Assembly (NCBI GenBank): GCA_964016885.1
Contig: OZ024761.1
Location: forward strand, 27,714,001 to 27,778,000
DNA: 64,000 nucleotides
Direction: 5' to 3'
Source: Eledone cirrhosa
Lineage: Eukaryota
Shown here: in pieces, positions 31,976-47,957 of the stretch
Numbering within the stretch: the first letter of the stretch is position 1
Layout of the letters: each line of letters opens with the position of its first letter
Made by a program: the position numbers and the translations under genes
The notes under the pieces: generated by a model
The model's database searches: none
Told to the model about the DNA's origin: nothing
The model's input: the letters and a program-made list of their open reading frames with translations, nothing else

Positions 31976-33321
31976 CGTTGGTGCGAAGGTAATGTCATGT
32001 CCTCATATAAGAAAATTTTGATTTATTCAATTTGTATCTCTTGTTATTGTGTGTTTTTTCTTTCAGATTATAATATATATATATATATATATACTTTTAT
32101 ATTCCCACACATGTTTGTCCTATCTAAAGATCACATTAGACATGTTTTATTTTATGAGTTTCATAAATGTGCCAATGGGAGTGCAGCAGCAAAGACCATT
32201 CAGAGCCCCTATTGGGATGATGCAGTGAATAAAAGAAGTTGCAGGAGGTGGTTATCCCGTTTCCGAAGTGGGGATTTCAGTTTGAAAGACGAGCCAAAAG
32301 AAGGTTGTCCAAAACAAACTTGATTCTGAAGAGTTGGTAGCTGTTGTCACAGAAAAGTCCCACCATTACTTCTAGAGAACTTGTAGGAAAATTTAACGAA
32401 GCCTATGCAACCATACTACGCCAACTGAAAAGGATCGGAAAGGTTTCAGTGGTTGGAAAAATGGGTCCCACATGAACTGCCTCCAGAGAATCTGAAACAG
32501 CGTCTTGCTTGTTTTAAGTCATTGTTTACATGACACATTCACGCACCATTTTTAGGTAGGATTGTTACACGTGATGAGAAGTGGATCCTTTACCATAACG
32601 TTAAGCGCCGACGATTGTGGATGAGTCGAGGAAGAAGACCAGTTCAACAACCAAGTGGAGGACTTCATCCAAAGAAGATCATGTTGAGTGTATGATGGGA
32701 TATTGAAGGAATTGTCCAGTATGAACTGTTAAATAACAATCAAACAATTATTGCTTGTCTCTACTGGGATCAACGTCGTCGTTTGAACGCCACTTTGAAC
32801 CGAAAGCGACCCGCCTTAGTTCCAGTATGAACTGTTAAACAACAATGAAACAATTATTGCTTGTCTCTACTGGGATCAACGTCGTCGTTTGAACGCCACT
32901 TTGAACCGAAAGCGACCCGCCTTAGTCAACAGAAAGGCTGTCATCTTCCATCACGATAATGCTCATCCTCACTCAGCTCAGCTGACCAAAGATCTCTTGG
33001 AAGAGCTTAGTTGGGAAATATTGCTTCATCCTCCATATTCTCCTCCCCTTGTTCCTTATGGTTATCACTTGTTTCGGGGACTACAGAATCATTTGGATGG
33101 CCTAAGGCTGACATCAGATGTTCAAAATGAGTTGGATTAATATTTTCATCAAAACCAGAAATATTTTTTACAAGCGTCACATTTATAAGCTTGTTGACAG
33201 ATGGAATGAGATTCTAGAAAGCAAAGACGGTTATTTTAATAAATAAATATTTTCATAGTCGTGGTTGTTTTCATGTTTACTATAGACCTTAAAATCGGAC
33301 ATGACATTTGCACCAACCTGA
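31973..33321 (+). mobile_element. Full-length but disabled mariner (DD34D) transposon
   Basis: TIRs GTTGGTGC..AATGTCATGTCC / GGACATGACATTTGCACCAAC; motifs RFRSGDFSLKDEP, WVPHEL, IVTRDEKW, HHDNA.PH, HPPYSP...YHLF; stops, frameshifts and a 106-bp tandem duplication at 32715-32926. Confidence 0.93.
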
Positions 33322-33491
33322 TAATTTTATTAACAGATTCTAAAAATGTTTTATATAAAAAAATATTGTCTATTAAATATTAAATGACTAAAATTTTTTC
33401 GATATTTCAATTTGAATAATATATCATTTTAAAGTTATGGGTGGACATTTTAAAACCAATTATTGCTTCCGCGTTCATTATTTGATTAGAA

Positions 33492-33683
33492 GGGCGGTGA
33501 ATTGGCAGTATCGGTAGAGGGTCGGACGCCATGCTTTGACGTATAAAGTTACGGCCCTTGCCATTCTGAGTTCAAATCCCGCCGAGGTTAACTTTGCCTT
33601 TCATCCTTATGGGGTCGATAAAATAAAGTACCAGTAATCTACTGGGTAATTGCTGGCCTTGTGCCAAAAGTAGAAACAATTAT
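33492..33683 (+). mobile_element. SINE family 1, young copy
   Basis: Same A/B boxes and Nin-type domain; flanked by duplicated ATTATTTGATTAGAAGG; older relative directly downstream at 33692-33855. Confidence 0.9.
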
Positions 33684-33859
33684 TTGATTAGAAGGTGATG
33701 AATTCGCAGAGTTGTTAGAGTGTCAGATTTCGAATGCTTTGTGGTATTCGTTTCAAAGCTCTACATTCTCTGAATTTAAATATCGCCAAGGTTAACTTTA
33801 CCTCTCACCCTTTCAAGGTCGATAAAAAAAGTACCAGTCTAATACTGGGGTCGATTCTT

Positions 33860-33907
33860 CCTCTATATCTCTCTCTGTTTCATACGTCTTCATTTTCTCT
33901 ATCACTC

Positions 33908-33938
<31 letters not shown>

Positions 33939-34360
33939 GCTTACTCTCTCTATCACTCTCACTCTCTCTACTTACTCTCTCTATCACTCTCATTCTCTCT
34001 CTACTTACTCTCTCTATCACTCTCACTATCACTCCCTCTTTCTACTTTCTCTATCACACACTATCTCTCTCTCTACACTTACTGTCTCTATTACCCTCTC
34101 TCTTTACACTTTCTCTATCACTCTCTCTCTCTCTACACTTATTCTCTCTATCACTCTCTCTCTCTACTTACTCTCTCTATCACACACTATCTCTCTCTCT
34201 ACATTACTCTCTCTATCCCTCTCTCTCTATCACTCCCTCTCTCTCTATCAATCTCTCTTTCTCTACACTCACTCTCTCTATCACTCACTATATCTCTCTC
34301 TCTATCTATCTCTCTCACTCTCACAAGATCTCTCTCTCTATCTCTCTCTCTCTCTCTATC
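33860..34360. repeat. CT-rich compound microsatellite
   Basis: (CT)n with CTATCACT/CTACACTT interruptions. Confidence 0.9.
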
Positions 34361-34750
34361 TGCGTGTGCGTGTGCGCGCGTGTGTGTGTGTATGTGTGTG
34401 TGGAAGAAATCGACTGTATTCATACCTGGAGATGGGATGCTCTCTGCCAGGTAAAAAATGGCGAATGCAACGCCAGATGTCACTACGACGGCTCTACGAC
34501 TATATCAGAATTTACGTGTTTATATTTACAATATAATATATGAAACATTGTTATATTGTTGACATCTTGATTAACATCCAAACACAAAATATTGTCTCTT
34601 AACGTTCTTTTCTTTAATTACAAACCTCATTACATTTTACAAAAATAAATTTAATGAGGTTTGTAATTAAACAAAATTTACAAAAAAAAAAAAATAAATA
34701 AAATAAAATAATTATTTTTGAATAATTAATAGATTATATTTATTGTCTCC

Positions 34751-34995
34751 AAGTACCGGTCGCTCTCCGACAGGTTTGCGGGCGTACCCTTGGCCCTAAG
34801 ACTACCTCCCTACTCACCACCATAGGCGCTGAGCTGGCCAGCCGCAGGTGTGAGTCTCACGAGTTTGAATGGCTCTTCCAGCGCATCTCTCTTACCATCC
34901 TCCGGGGAAATGCCTTCTCCATTCTGTCCGCCGTGGTTGTGGGGAGACCAGCACGTGGGACCCTATTTTCTCACCATACAGAGAGATGGCGGCTT
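34751..34995 (+). mobile_element. CRE-like LINE 3' fragment (RLE C-terminus)
   Basis: KYRSLSDRF..LGPKTTSLLTTIGAELASRRCESHEFEWLFQRISLTILRGNAFSILSA; shorter copy on the minus strand at 55585-55674. Confidence 0.8.
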
Positions 34996-35614
34996 TGCCA
35001 CGTTTGGACCATATCCTTTAGGTTTAAATTATAACGATGGAGCCGATGTAGAAAATAATTTTTCACTGTCTAGTTGATACCGGTGACACGACTTCAGAAT
35101 CACCTTCATATGTATCTTTATTGTATTCATTTCATTTGTTGAAAGATGAAAAAAATCTATAGTTTTATATTTCTCCAAACACTGATTTCTTTCGCCTACG
35201 ATTTTTTCAACGAAAAATTAATGAATAAGTGTTTTAAAAGCGATATAGAGGGTGTGGCAAAAGTCACGCACCAGCTAATCCCGAGAAAATCCGTTTACTT
35301 GTAAGGATGGCATATGTGAACAAATTATGGCGTAATTATAATGAGGCACCGCCTAGATTTATCATTGTGCTAGATGTGCGCATAAGCCAGGGAGGCTCAT
35401 GTTCCTGCACCCCACAGAAATTCTACGGGGCTTATCTACTTCAGGGCCCGAGTAACGGGCTTCAAACTTAATTAGCACAGGGCCTCATTTGTCCTAAATC
35501 CGGCACTGGATTTAGGACAAATGTTTATATATTTATTTTTGTTTTGCAAGGATTTTGTTTTGAAATTGTGTGTCGAAACAAATTATGTTATACTTGGGGA
35601 GGGTCATCTTGTTA

Positions 35615-35665
<51 letters not shown>

Positions 35666-35700
35666 GAAATTGGAATAAATGCTCTGAAATAGCAATTATA

Positions 35701-35749
<49 letters not shown>

Positions 35750-35820
35750 TTATAAAATTATATCTGTGTATATATATATATATCTATAATTATATCTGTG
35801 TTTATATATATATATATATA

Positions 35821-35983
<163 letters not shown>

Positions 35984-36045
35984 GTATATATATATATCTG
36001 TATATATAATATAAGATCAAAAGATGGTTAAAGGAGTTCAATATA

Positions 36046-36112
36046 TTTTATTATGTGCATTTCAAAAACAAACATCATCAAACAATAATATTTGTGTTTT
36101 CATCAGATAAAA
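36046..36112 (-). ncRNA. Type I hammerhead ribozyme motif, family B
   Basis: Near-identical to 7009-7075; stem III reads TGCACA. Confidence 0.78.
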
Positions 36113-36275
36113 CAGGAGAACATGATATGAAGGCTAAAAAAACACTTGTTGATAGTGCAGTTTTAAATCAACATTCCTACATATATCTGTATATATATAT
36201 ATATATAAATATATCTATCTATATATCTATCTGTATCTGTATATATATATATATATCTGTATATATATATATATA

Positions 36276-36359
<84 letters not shown>

Positions 36360-36361
36360 TA

Positions 36362-36418
<57 letters not shown>

Positions 36419-36551
36419 GTATATATATATATATATATATATCTGTATATATATATATATATCTATATATATCTGTATATATATATATATATATCTGTAT
36501 ATATATATATATATCTGTATATATATATATCTGTATATATATATATATATA

Positions 36552-36618
<67 letters not shown>

Positions 36619-36635
36619 CTGTATATATATATATA

Positions 36636-36726
<91 letters not shown>

Positions 36727-36727
36727 G

Positions 36728-36768
<41 letters not shown>

Positions 36769-36771
36769 CTG

Positions 36772-36824
<53 letters not shown>

Positions 36825-36825
36825 G

Positions 36826-36916
<91 letters not shown>

Positions 36917-36961
36917 CTGTATATATATATATGTATATATATATGTATATATATATATATG

Positions 36962-37022
<61 letters not shown>

Positions 37023-37081
37023 GTATATATATATATGTATATATATATATATGTATATATATATATGTATATATATATATG

Positions 37082-37298
<217 letters not shown>

Positions 37299-37313
37299 AT
37301 ATATATATATGTG

Positions 37314-37368
<55 letters not shown>

Positions 37369-37403
37369 ATATATATATATATGTGTATATATATATATAT
37401 GTG

Positions 37404-37437
<34 letters not shown>

Positions 37438-37509
37438 TCTGTATATATATATATATATATATATCTGTATATATATATATATATCTATATATATCTGTAT
37501 ATATATATA

Positions 37510-38277
<768 letters not shown>

Positions 38278-39105
38278 CTGTATATATATATATGTGGTGT
38301 GTCTGTGTGTGTATTTTTAACAGTTGGTCAATCAATGATTGGCAAATAAATTAACCATGGTGATATAAAAGACTCTGAAGCGAAAACCAACACAAACCAA
38401 AGAGTGAGGGTGGTCTGTTAATATTTCTGGCAATATTATAACAATATGACCCTCGCCAAGTATAACAATATATATATATATTTATATTTTTTTTTTGTGT
38501 GTCTGGGGGAGGGGGGGGGGGCTGGGGGTCCTAGACATTAATCTCAAATATATAGTTTCGATTGTCCAATGCCTTTTAAATCACACCAGTAACTCTAACG
38601 TTGAATCTCCGCAAACATCCACGTCGATGATATTTCTTTTAAGTATATGAAAATCAAGCCACCGTCAGGGTCATTCATAGGGTCCTTTGTGGAGATTACT
38701 GCTTCTTTAAGTACCAACAAATGGTTCAGATATACAGTACTTTTACGCACCGACTGTAGTCAGTATATAATATATATATACGTTTATATATATAAGATGT
38801 GAGAAAAACCACAGACCCTCCATCTCAACTCTACTTTTGAAAAGCAGAAGAACTGCGAAACCAGTAAAGGAACCAAATAAATATATATATTTAAAAAAAA
38901 TAAGACTCCAGTTGCATTTTAGATTTCATCTTTTTTTCTATACATATATATATATATATATGCGTTTATATATATACATATATATATATATATATGCATA
39001 TATATATATATATATATACGTTGATATATATATATAATTATATATACGTTTATATAGATATATATACGTTTATATAAATATATATACGTTTATATATATA
39101 CACAC

Positions 39106-39173
<68 letters not shown>

Positions 39174-39471
39174 GTATATATATATATATATATACACATA
39201 ATATATAGATAGATATACGTTTCTATATATATATATAGATAGGTATACGTTTCTCTATATATAGAGAGAGATAGATAGATATACGTTTATATATGTATAT
39301 AAATATACGTTTATAAATATGTATGTATATATATATATACGTATATGTTTACATATATATATATATGTATATGTTTGTATATGTATTTATATGTTTATAT
39401 ATATATGTTTGTACGTATATGTGTATATATGTATATACATATATATATATGTATGTATATCTATATCTATA

Positions 39472-39594
<123 letters not shown>

Positions 39595-39709
39595 TAGGCG
39601 TGTGTGTGCTTCTGTTTATAATCATGACTGATAAATTCAACAAGGCACCGATACTCTATCGTGTATTAAAGTGTTCTACGCTTGAAAAAAATCTAATAAA
39701 AATGAATAG

Positions 39710-39789
<80 letters not shown>

Positions 39790-39820
39790 TATATATATAT
39801 ATTTATATATTTGTTTATAC

Positions 39821-39899
<79 letters not shown>

Positions 39900-40205
39900 A
39901 TATATATATATGTTTATATATATATATATATTTATTTAAATATATTTATTTATATATATGTATATATATGTTATATATATATATTTATATATATGTATAT
40001 TTAAATATATTTATTTATATATATGTATTTATATATATATATATTTAAATATATTTATTTATATATATGTATATATATATATATTTATATATATGTATAT
40101 ATATATATATTTAACTATATTTACTTATATATATGTATATATATATATATTTATATATATATATATATATTTAAATATATATATGTATATATAATATGTA
40201 TATAT

Positions 40206-40269
<64 letters not shown>

Positions 40270-40482
40270 TTGTGTGTGTATGTGTATGTGTGTGTGTAAA
40301 GCTGTAAATGAAGAAAAAAATGGAATATATAAATGTAAAGTAGAAATGTAAAGATTGATAATAGTAATTGGATACGACTGACCAGCGTCCTGAGGATAGA
40401 GAATAGATATAAGGGGGTTGGACTAATGATTTACTGTGGTTTTATGTCTCTATCTCTACATATACACTACACAATATGTGCA

Positions 40483-40555
<73 letters not shown>

Positions 40556-40621
40556 TATATAACCATAAATATTATCATGTATGTATATATATATAATTAC
40601 ATACACATAAATTTATATATG

Positions 40622-40681
<60 letters not shown>

Positions 40682-40713
40682 AATATATGTCTATATATAT
40701 ATGTATATATCGG

Positions 40714-40764
<51 letters not shown>

Positions 40765-40860
40765 TAATAATAATAAATGGGAAGACAAGAATTCGGAGAG
40801 GGTTCGATAAGGATAATATATATATATAAAAAATATATAAATGTGTGTGTATGTAAGTAA

Positions 40861-40980
<120 letters not shown>

Positions 40981-41158
40981 ATCGGTCAGGATGTAGGCGG
41001 TAAAAACCAGTCAGATCATTCCTCGAAAATTGGCGTAGTAGAATGGGTAATATTAACAAAATTAGGACCCCGACGGCTGACATCCGCCCGTTTCAACAGC
41101 TAAATCCAGCTGTTCAAACGGCCGGAGCTCACCCGTTGGGGTCGTGAGTTTCTTCATG

Positions 41159-41192
<34 letters not shown>

Positions 41193-41501
41193 CTGTGTGT
41201 GTGTGTGAATAGTTGTGATCCTGTCGATAGTGCTTAACATTATTTGTGACTAATCCCGGTCTTTTTTTTTTTTTAAAACCGCGATAATATTGCTTTATGC
41301 TGAACTCTATAATTTTTGTTGAGTTTTTTCGGAATGTTTTGACTGCTGTTTCTTGTAAACAGTCATCCGTCTCATTCTGACGTCACTAGCCCTGTTCTCC
41401 ATATGTGTTTCTTTTCATAATTCCACACGAGGTGTAACTAGCCTGCTTTTAAATTCCCTTTCTGGCATATATTAGCAGTGGTTTTGGTTATCGTGTTTGA
41501 G

Positions 41502-41580
41502 CTCTACTGATGAATGATTACAATCGTGACTAACCTCATTGAAAAGTTTCGTGAAATAGTCTTTTTAAGACTATATACAG
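41502..41580 (+). ncRNA. Type I hammerhead ribozyme motif, family G
   Basis: CTCTA-CTGATGA-ATGA...TCGT-GAAA-TAGTCTT-TTT-AAGACTA-TA-TACAG; 7 bp stem III, one mismatch in stem I. Confidence 0.7.
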
Positions 41581-41849
41581 TATTTGTAGTTTTTCCAAAT
41601 TGAATTTGTAGTTTTTCCAAATTGAATTTAAACTAATTTTATCCTGAGTTAAGACACTATTGGTTTTTTACCTGGATTTCACAAAATCTGTGGAAAAAAT
41701 TTCTGTCTTGAGATTTTTTTGAATTCAGTTTGAATTATTTTCCCATATCTTAGGTTAAATATTTTCCAATTTGACGTAATAGTCACTTATATATTATGAA
41801 ATACTGTTGGATTCTTGCTCACATTAATTTCTCTATTTTCATTTATATA

Positions 41850-41880
<31 letters not shown>

Positions 41881-42024
41881 ATATGTATATATATATATGT
41901 ATATATATATATGTATATATATATATGTATATATGTATATTTATGTATATATATATATGTATATATATGTATATATATATGTATATTTATATATATGTAT
42001 ATATATGTAGATATATATATGTAA

Positions 42025-42057
<33 letters not shown>

Positions 42058-42333
42058 TATATATAAATATGTATATATATAAATATATATATATATAAAT
42101 ATGCATATATATATTTATATATATATATGTATATATATATACGTATATATATATATATATACGTATATATATATATACGTATATATATATATATATACGT
42201 ATATATATATATACGTATATATATATATACGTATATTTACATATTTATATATATATACGTATATATATATATATGTATATATATATATACGTATATATAT
42301 ATATATGTATATATATATATACGTATATATACA

Positions 42334-42392
<59 letters not shown>

Positions 42393-42584
42393 GTATATAT
42401 ATATATACATATACGTATATATATATATATATATATATATACGTATATATATATATATATATATATACGTATATATATATATATATATATATATACGTAT
42501 ATATATATATATATATATATACGTATATATATATATATATACGTATATATATATATATATATACGTATATATATATATATATAC

Positions 42585-42652
<68 letters not shown>

Positions 42653-42677
42653 GTATATATACATATGTATATATATA

Positions 42678-42728
<51 letters not shown>

Positions 42729-42779
42729 TAATAAAAGGAATTCCAACTTCAGTGGCGACAGTCTGTCACCACTGGATAA

Positions 42780-42816
42780 GAACCTGAAGATTGCGAAAGC
42801 ATGAAAGTACTTGTTC
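42780..42816 (+). ncRNA. Minimal type I hammerhead ribozyme motif, family H
   Basis: GAAC-CTGAAGA-TTGC-GAAA-GCAT-GAAA-GTAC-TT-GTTC; GNRA-capped stem II, palindromic stem III. Confidence 0.85.
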
Positions 42817-43033
42817 ATTTAACACTTAATATTCTACCATACTATTTCATTATAATATCATTATAATTTTAAAGGATTGTAAATAAAACGAGTTAATTAG
42901 ACAAAGTTGGAATTCCTTTTATTAATATAATCTTCTATACACAATCATACACACCCGTGTATATTTATTTACATATATATATATATATGTAAATATGTAT
43001 ATGTATATATATGTATATGTATATATATGTAAA

Positions 43034-43075
<42 letters not shown>

Positions 43076-43081
43076 TGTATT

Positions 43082-43595
43082 TGTCAACTCTGGATGTCGG
43101 TGAGCATGTCCAGCTAACTTCAGTCTCCTCTGTGTCACATTTGAGCTGACTTTTGGGAGGCTCCCATACAGCTCTGAGGTTTTCATCCTCAGTGTATACT
43201 GATTAATGTTCACAGCCATCCTCGGCATTCTCGTGTAGCACCCATTCACCATCTGAGTGAGCTTCTTGGTCATTGTCCAACTCTCAGACCCGTACAGCAG
43301 CACAGACTCCACTACAGCAATGAAGAGGCGGATTTTCAGGTCTTTTCGAAGGTCCGACTTCCACACCGATCTCAAGCTGTGGCACCGACATCCAGAGTTG
43401 ACATTGCACTCAGTGCTCCTGTGGGAGCCCCTACATGGACACACTGGAAGAGGAAGACCAAGGTTAACGTATGTTGATGCCCTAAGGATAGACACTGGTG
43501 TGTTGGAGACGCAGGACATGGCAGCGATAATGAGGGACAGAGACCGCTGGAGAGAACTCGTCCATGGATCTCGGGAATTTTACCCGCCCTAGAAA
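43082..43595. mobile_element. RTE-like LINE 3' end with 5' inversion
   Basis: Minus 43082-43382: KIRLFIAVVESVLLYGSESW...RRLKLAGHAHRHPELT; plus 43383-43592: [27 protein letters not shown]. Confidence 0.9.
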
Positions 43596-43810
43596 TATAT
43601 GTATTTGTATATATATGTATATATATATGTATATATATATATATATGCATATATATGTATATGTATATATATATATATGTATATATATGTATATGTATAT
43701 ATATATGTATATGTATATATATGTATATATATGTATATATATGCATGTACATATATATATATGTATATATATATATATATGTATATGTATATATATATGT
43801 ATGTATATAA

Positions 43811-43992
43811 TAATTGTTTCTACTTTGGGCACAAGGCCAGCAATAACCCAGTGCATAACTTTATTTTATCTACCCCGTAAGGATGAAAGGCAAAGTTAAC
43901 CTTGGCGGGATTTGAACTCAGACCGTAAAGGGACGTAACTCTGGTGGAAAGCATGACGTCCCTCTTCTACTAACACTGTCAATCCGCCGCCC
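43811..43992 (-). mobile_element. SINE family 1 copy
   Basis: B box GAGTTCAAATCCC, Nin-type domain and tail. Confidence 0.85.
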
Positions 43993-44175
43993 TGTATGTA
44001 TATAATAATAATAATAACATTATTTATACTTATATATACACTATATATAATTATAAACAGGAAAGGTCAGTCATTCCTTACCACCTTATTACCAGTAAGA
44101 AATATAGCTCCATGTAAATACATTATATGTTTTACAGAGCCGGAATATAAATTACAGAATGTATGTATAGATATG

Positions 44176-44223
<48 letters not shown>

Positions 44224-44262
44224 ATATTAAACAAATGGAAACTATATTTATAAAAGCATATT

Positions 44263-44328
44263 TATTTCATTATATATATTTCAGGGATACCATATTAAAA
44301 ATATGGCATGCCTTCGTCAGACAAAATA
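44263..44328 (-). ncRNA. Type I hammerhead ribozyme motif, family D
   Basis: TATTTTGT-CTGACGA-AGGCATGCCATATT-TTT-AATATGGTATCCCT-GAAA-TATATA-TA-ATGAAATA. Confidence 0.85.
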
Positions 44329-44355
44329 CAATATATAAACAGTTTTATAAATAAT

Positions 44356-44410
44356 CTGACGAAGGCATGCCATATTTTTAATATGGTATTCCTGAAATAT
44401 GTATAATGAA
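44356..44410 (+). ncRNA. Family D hammerhead core, inverted partner lacking the 5' strand of stem I
   Basis: CTGACGA-hairpin-GAAA-TATGTA-TA; element tail continues to 44535. Confidence 0.65.
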
Positions 44411-44531
44411 ATAAATATGGTTTTATAAATATAGTTTCCATTGTTTAATAAACTCTAAAAACTTGTCGAGTGCTTTATATCAGTTATAAAATATTTACTT
44501 GTTGTAACCCAACACTTTTAAATAGAACTTT

Positions 44532-44592
<61 letters not shown>

Positions 44593-44746
44593 ATTCGGTG
44601 GAGTGTTCCAGGAGAGTAAGAGAATGTAGAAGAGGGTGTAAGATTAATGTAAAATTAATGTAAAATTTCCCGAGGAGGGTAATTTTAAAGATTTGAATTC
44701 AATCAAAAACTATTATATATTGAATTAACTTGAAATGGCAAATGAT

Positions 44747-44860
<114 letters not shown>

Positions 44861-45188
44861 ATATATATATATATAAATATAAATGTGTGTATATATATAT
44901 ATATATAAATATAAATGTGTATATATATATGTATATATATATGTATATATGTATGTGTATATATGTATATATATGTATATATGTATATGTATGTGTAAAT
45001 ATATGTATATGTATATATATATATGTATGTATATATATATATGTATATGTATGTCAGGTCATATACATACATATACATATATATATATATATATGTATAT
45101 GTATGTATATATATATGTATATGTATGTCAGGTCATATACGTATATATATATATATGTTTATGTTTGTATATATATATGTATATGTAT

Positions 45189-45798
45189 GTCAGGTCACCA
45201 GTTGGTGCTACTGGTAACATGTATCCCAGTACAACCTGTCTCATGGTCGGGTCGTTGGCGACTAATCTGGCAACCCCACCAAGGACTCTTGGTGAGGAGG
45301 GTGACTTTGGACATCCTGCAGGACTAAAAACAAAACCTGTCAAAGGGCAAAGGAGCTCTTAAGAATCAATGGCCATCCAAAATCACCGGGAGAGATGACC
45401 CCTTAGCCTTTGTCAAGGCAGAATTCTAGGAGAAGGAAAACTCTGATATAACACCTGCAACCCTGATGGTATCCAATGATGTTGACTTGTTCTTCTTTTT
45501 GGTAAATATCATCTTGGTTAAGAGAGCGGGACTGGCTTTGTGCAGTGCCTTTGCTCACTATAAAAGCTTCACGGCACAGGCATTGCTTTATATCTGGAGA
45601 TCTCTCTGCACTTGTCGTCACATGGTACCATGGGCCCAGCACTATGTGTCAATAATTGTCACAAGTGTAGTGTTTGTACCAGAGTTTTCAAATCGCTGGC
45701 TGGACTAAAATGTCACACTCGTTCAGCGCATCGGTAGGAGTTCTCCTACATGGATATAAAGTGGTGGCCGTACTCGAAAACGAGTTGGCAGCCACCAT
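45189..45798 (+). mobile_element. ~610 bp repeat, copy 2
   Basis: Matches 37510-38143. Confidence 0.8.
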
Positions 45799-45843
45799 AT
45801 GTATGTATACATATGTATTTATATATATATATATGTATATATT

Positions 45844-46555
45844 ATCTCTTTCTCTTAATTTCGAGCATATTTTTTGACCGGCCACCTTCTTGGTGGCAAG
45901 GTTGTGAAGGAAAAGAAATTGTCATCCCTTGAATCGCAAGAATGTTTTGCAAATTTTGAAGGTGCCAGCTATCGCAGCCATTTGTAGATTATGAATTAGG
46001 GAGCTGCGCTTTTTGTCCGCAAATCCAAGTTCAGTCATACTTTTGTCCAAGCGGGTTGGTATATAACCCGTAGCTCCAATAATGATGGGTATGAAGCTAA
46101 AGGTGTATCTTGGATACTGGATTTGTAAACTCCTCATCAATGGTCCTAAGATGTCCTCCTTCCCCTGTATTTTTCTGACAACGTTTAGATCAAGTGGGCA
46201 GCTGATCTCCACAACAGAACACGTTTTCAATGTGTGGTCCCAAACAACAATATCAGGCCGGTTGTGCTTTAATTTGGTGGCAGTTTTTATTTTCAGGTTC
46301 CACCAGTATTCCTTAGTGCCATCTGTCTCAATATATTCTTCCTCGTTTGTTGTTAATTATGTTTTCCGAATTGCGTTCCAGATGGTTCTAGCTACCCCAT
46401 CGTGTCTCATGGGGAGGTAGTAGCGAGATGACATTCTTTCGCAGCTGGCAACAATGTGGCTTACATCCTCGATCTTTGTTTTACATTTATTGTCAGCTGC
46501 TGGCCCTCCCCTTTTGTGCAGCAGATATTTGGTAGGGAGTTCTTGTTCCTGTATT
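45844..46555 (-). mobile_element. R4/Dong-like LINE, 5'-truncated and disabled
   Basis: Close match to 61750-62470; 9-bp deletion in the CRLC knuckle and a frameshift. Confidence 0.88.
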
Positions 46556-46652
46556 TTATGTATGTATATATATGTATATGTATGTATATATATATGTATA
46601 TATATATGTATGTATATATATGTATATGCATGTATATATATATATGTATATG

Positions 46653-46683
<31 letters not shown>

Positions 46684-46697
46684 GTATATGTATGTAT

Positions 46698-46731
<34 letters not shown>

Positions 46732-46837
46732 GTATATGTATGTATATATATATACACATACATATAACCATAAATATATATATAAAGATATATATATATA
46801 TATATACACACACATATACATATATATAAATATATTG

Positions 46838-46869
<32 letters not shown>

Positions 46870-46920
46870 TTATATGTATGTATATATATATGTATATACA
46901 TGTATGTATAAATATATTTA

Positions 46921-47004
<84 letters not shown>

Positions 47005-47017
47005 AGATTTGATACCC

Positions 47018-47068
47018 AGATTCCTGATGATTTCTAAAGAATGAAACAGTTCTAGTCCTGTAGAATCT
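47018..47068 (+). ncRNA. Type I hammerhead ribozyme motif, family A
   Basis: AGATTC-CTGATGA-TTTCTAAAGAAT-GAAA-CAG..CTG-TA-GAATCT; tail to 47151 identical to the 15900 copy. Confidence 0.85.
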
Positions 47069-47150
47069 CATCTATATTAAAACTTTTATACTCTGCAATG
47101 TATTGAGTACCTTACTTACTGTGGTTACCTCCGATTCAACCCGGAATAAC

Positions 47151-47198
<48 letters not shown>

Positions 47199-47219
47199 CT
47201 GTATATATATATATATATA

Positions 47220-47497
47220 CAAATAAATCCATCAATTAATGGTACGGCCTAAGCCGTATGAAGGACTCAATGTAATCCGTATGTAGAAGATGTGGTGAAG
47301 CAAAGTTTAAAATACAAAATTTCAAAGATATAATTCACTGGAAGCAGAGGCAAAATAACACAAATAGTGAAAACAATGAAATTAAACAAAATACTGGTAA
47401 TTCATAGCAAAACTATCGCCCAGAAACGATCGTAGAATAATCAATTTTACTATGAATTACACGTATTTTGTTTAATTTCATTGTTTTTACTATTTGT
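47220..47497. mobile_element. Family C fold-back fragment
   Basis: Inverted repeat 47361-47412 / 47445-47496 with GAAA-CGATCG-TA in the spacer. Confidence 0.75.
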
Positions 47498-47522
47498 ATT
47501 ATATATATATATATATATATTT

Positions 47523-47589
<67 letters not shown>

Positions 47590-47817
47590 GGTTTCGTAGG
47601 TGATCATTTTGTAGTCCTTGAATGTATCAATCACACCCTCACATACAGTGAACTCATCTTCTCCGAATCTATTCATATTGTGGCTGTTCATGTTGTAGAG
47701 ACATTCTCTAAGCTGTTGTCTATACATTCTGGCAGAGTCACTGAGTGGAGTTCGTGTATTTAGTGTGTCTGGAATGAAAACTGTAGCGAAATCAACTGAA
47801 TCCAAAATAGGTTTGTG

Positions 47818-47866
<49 letters not shown>

Positions 47867-47896
47867 TTATATCTATATATGTAAGTATACATACAT

Positions 47897-47957
<61 letters not shown>

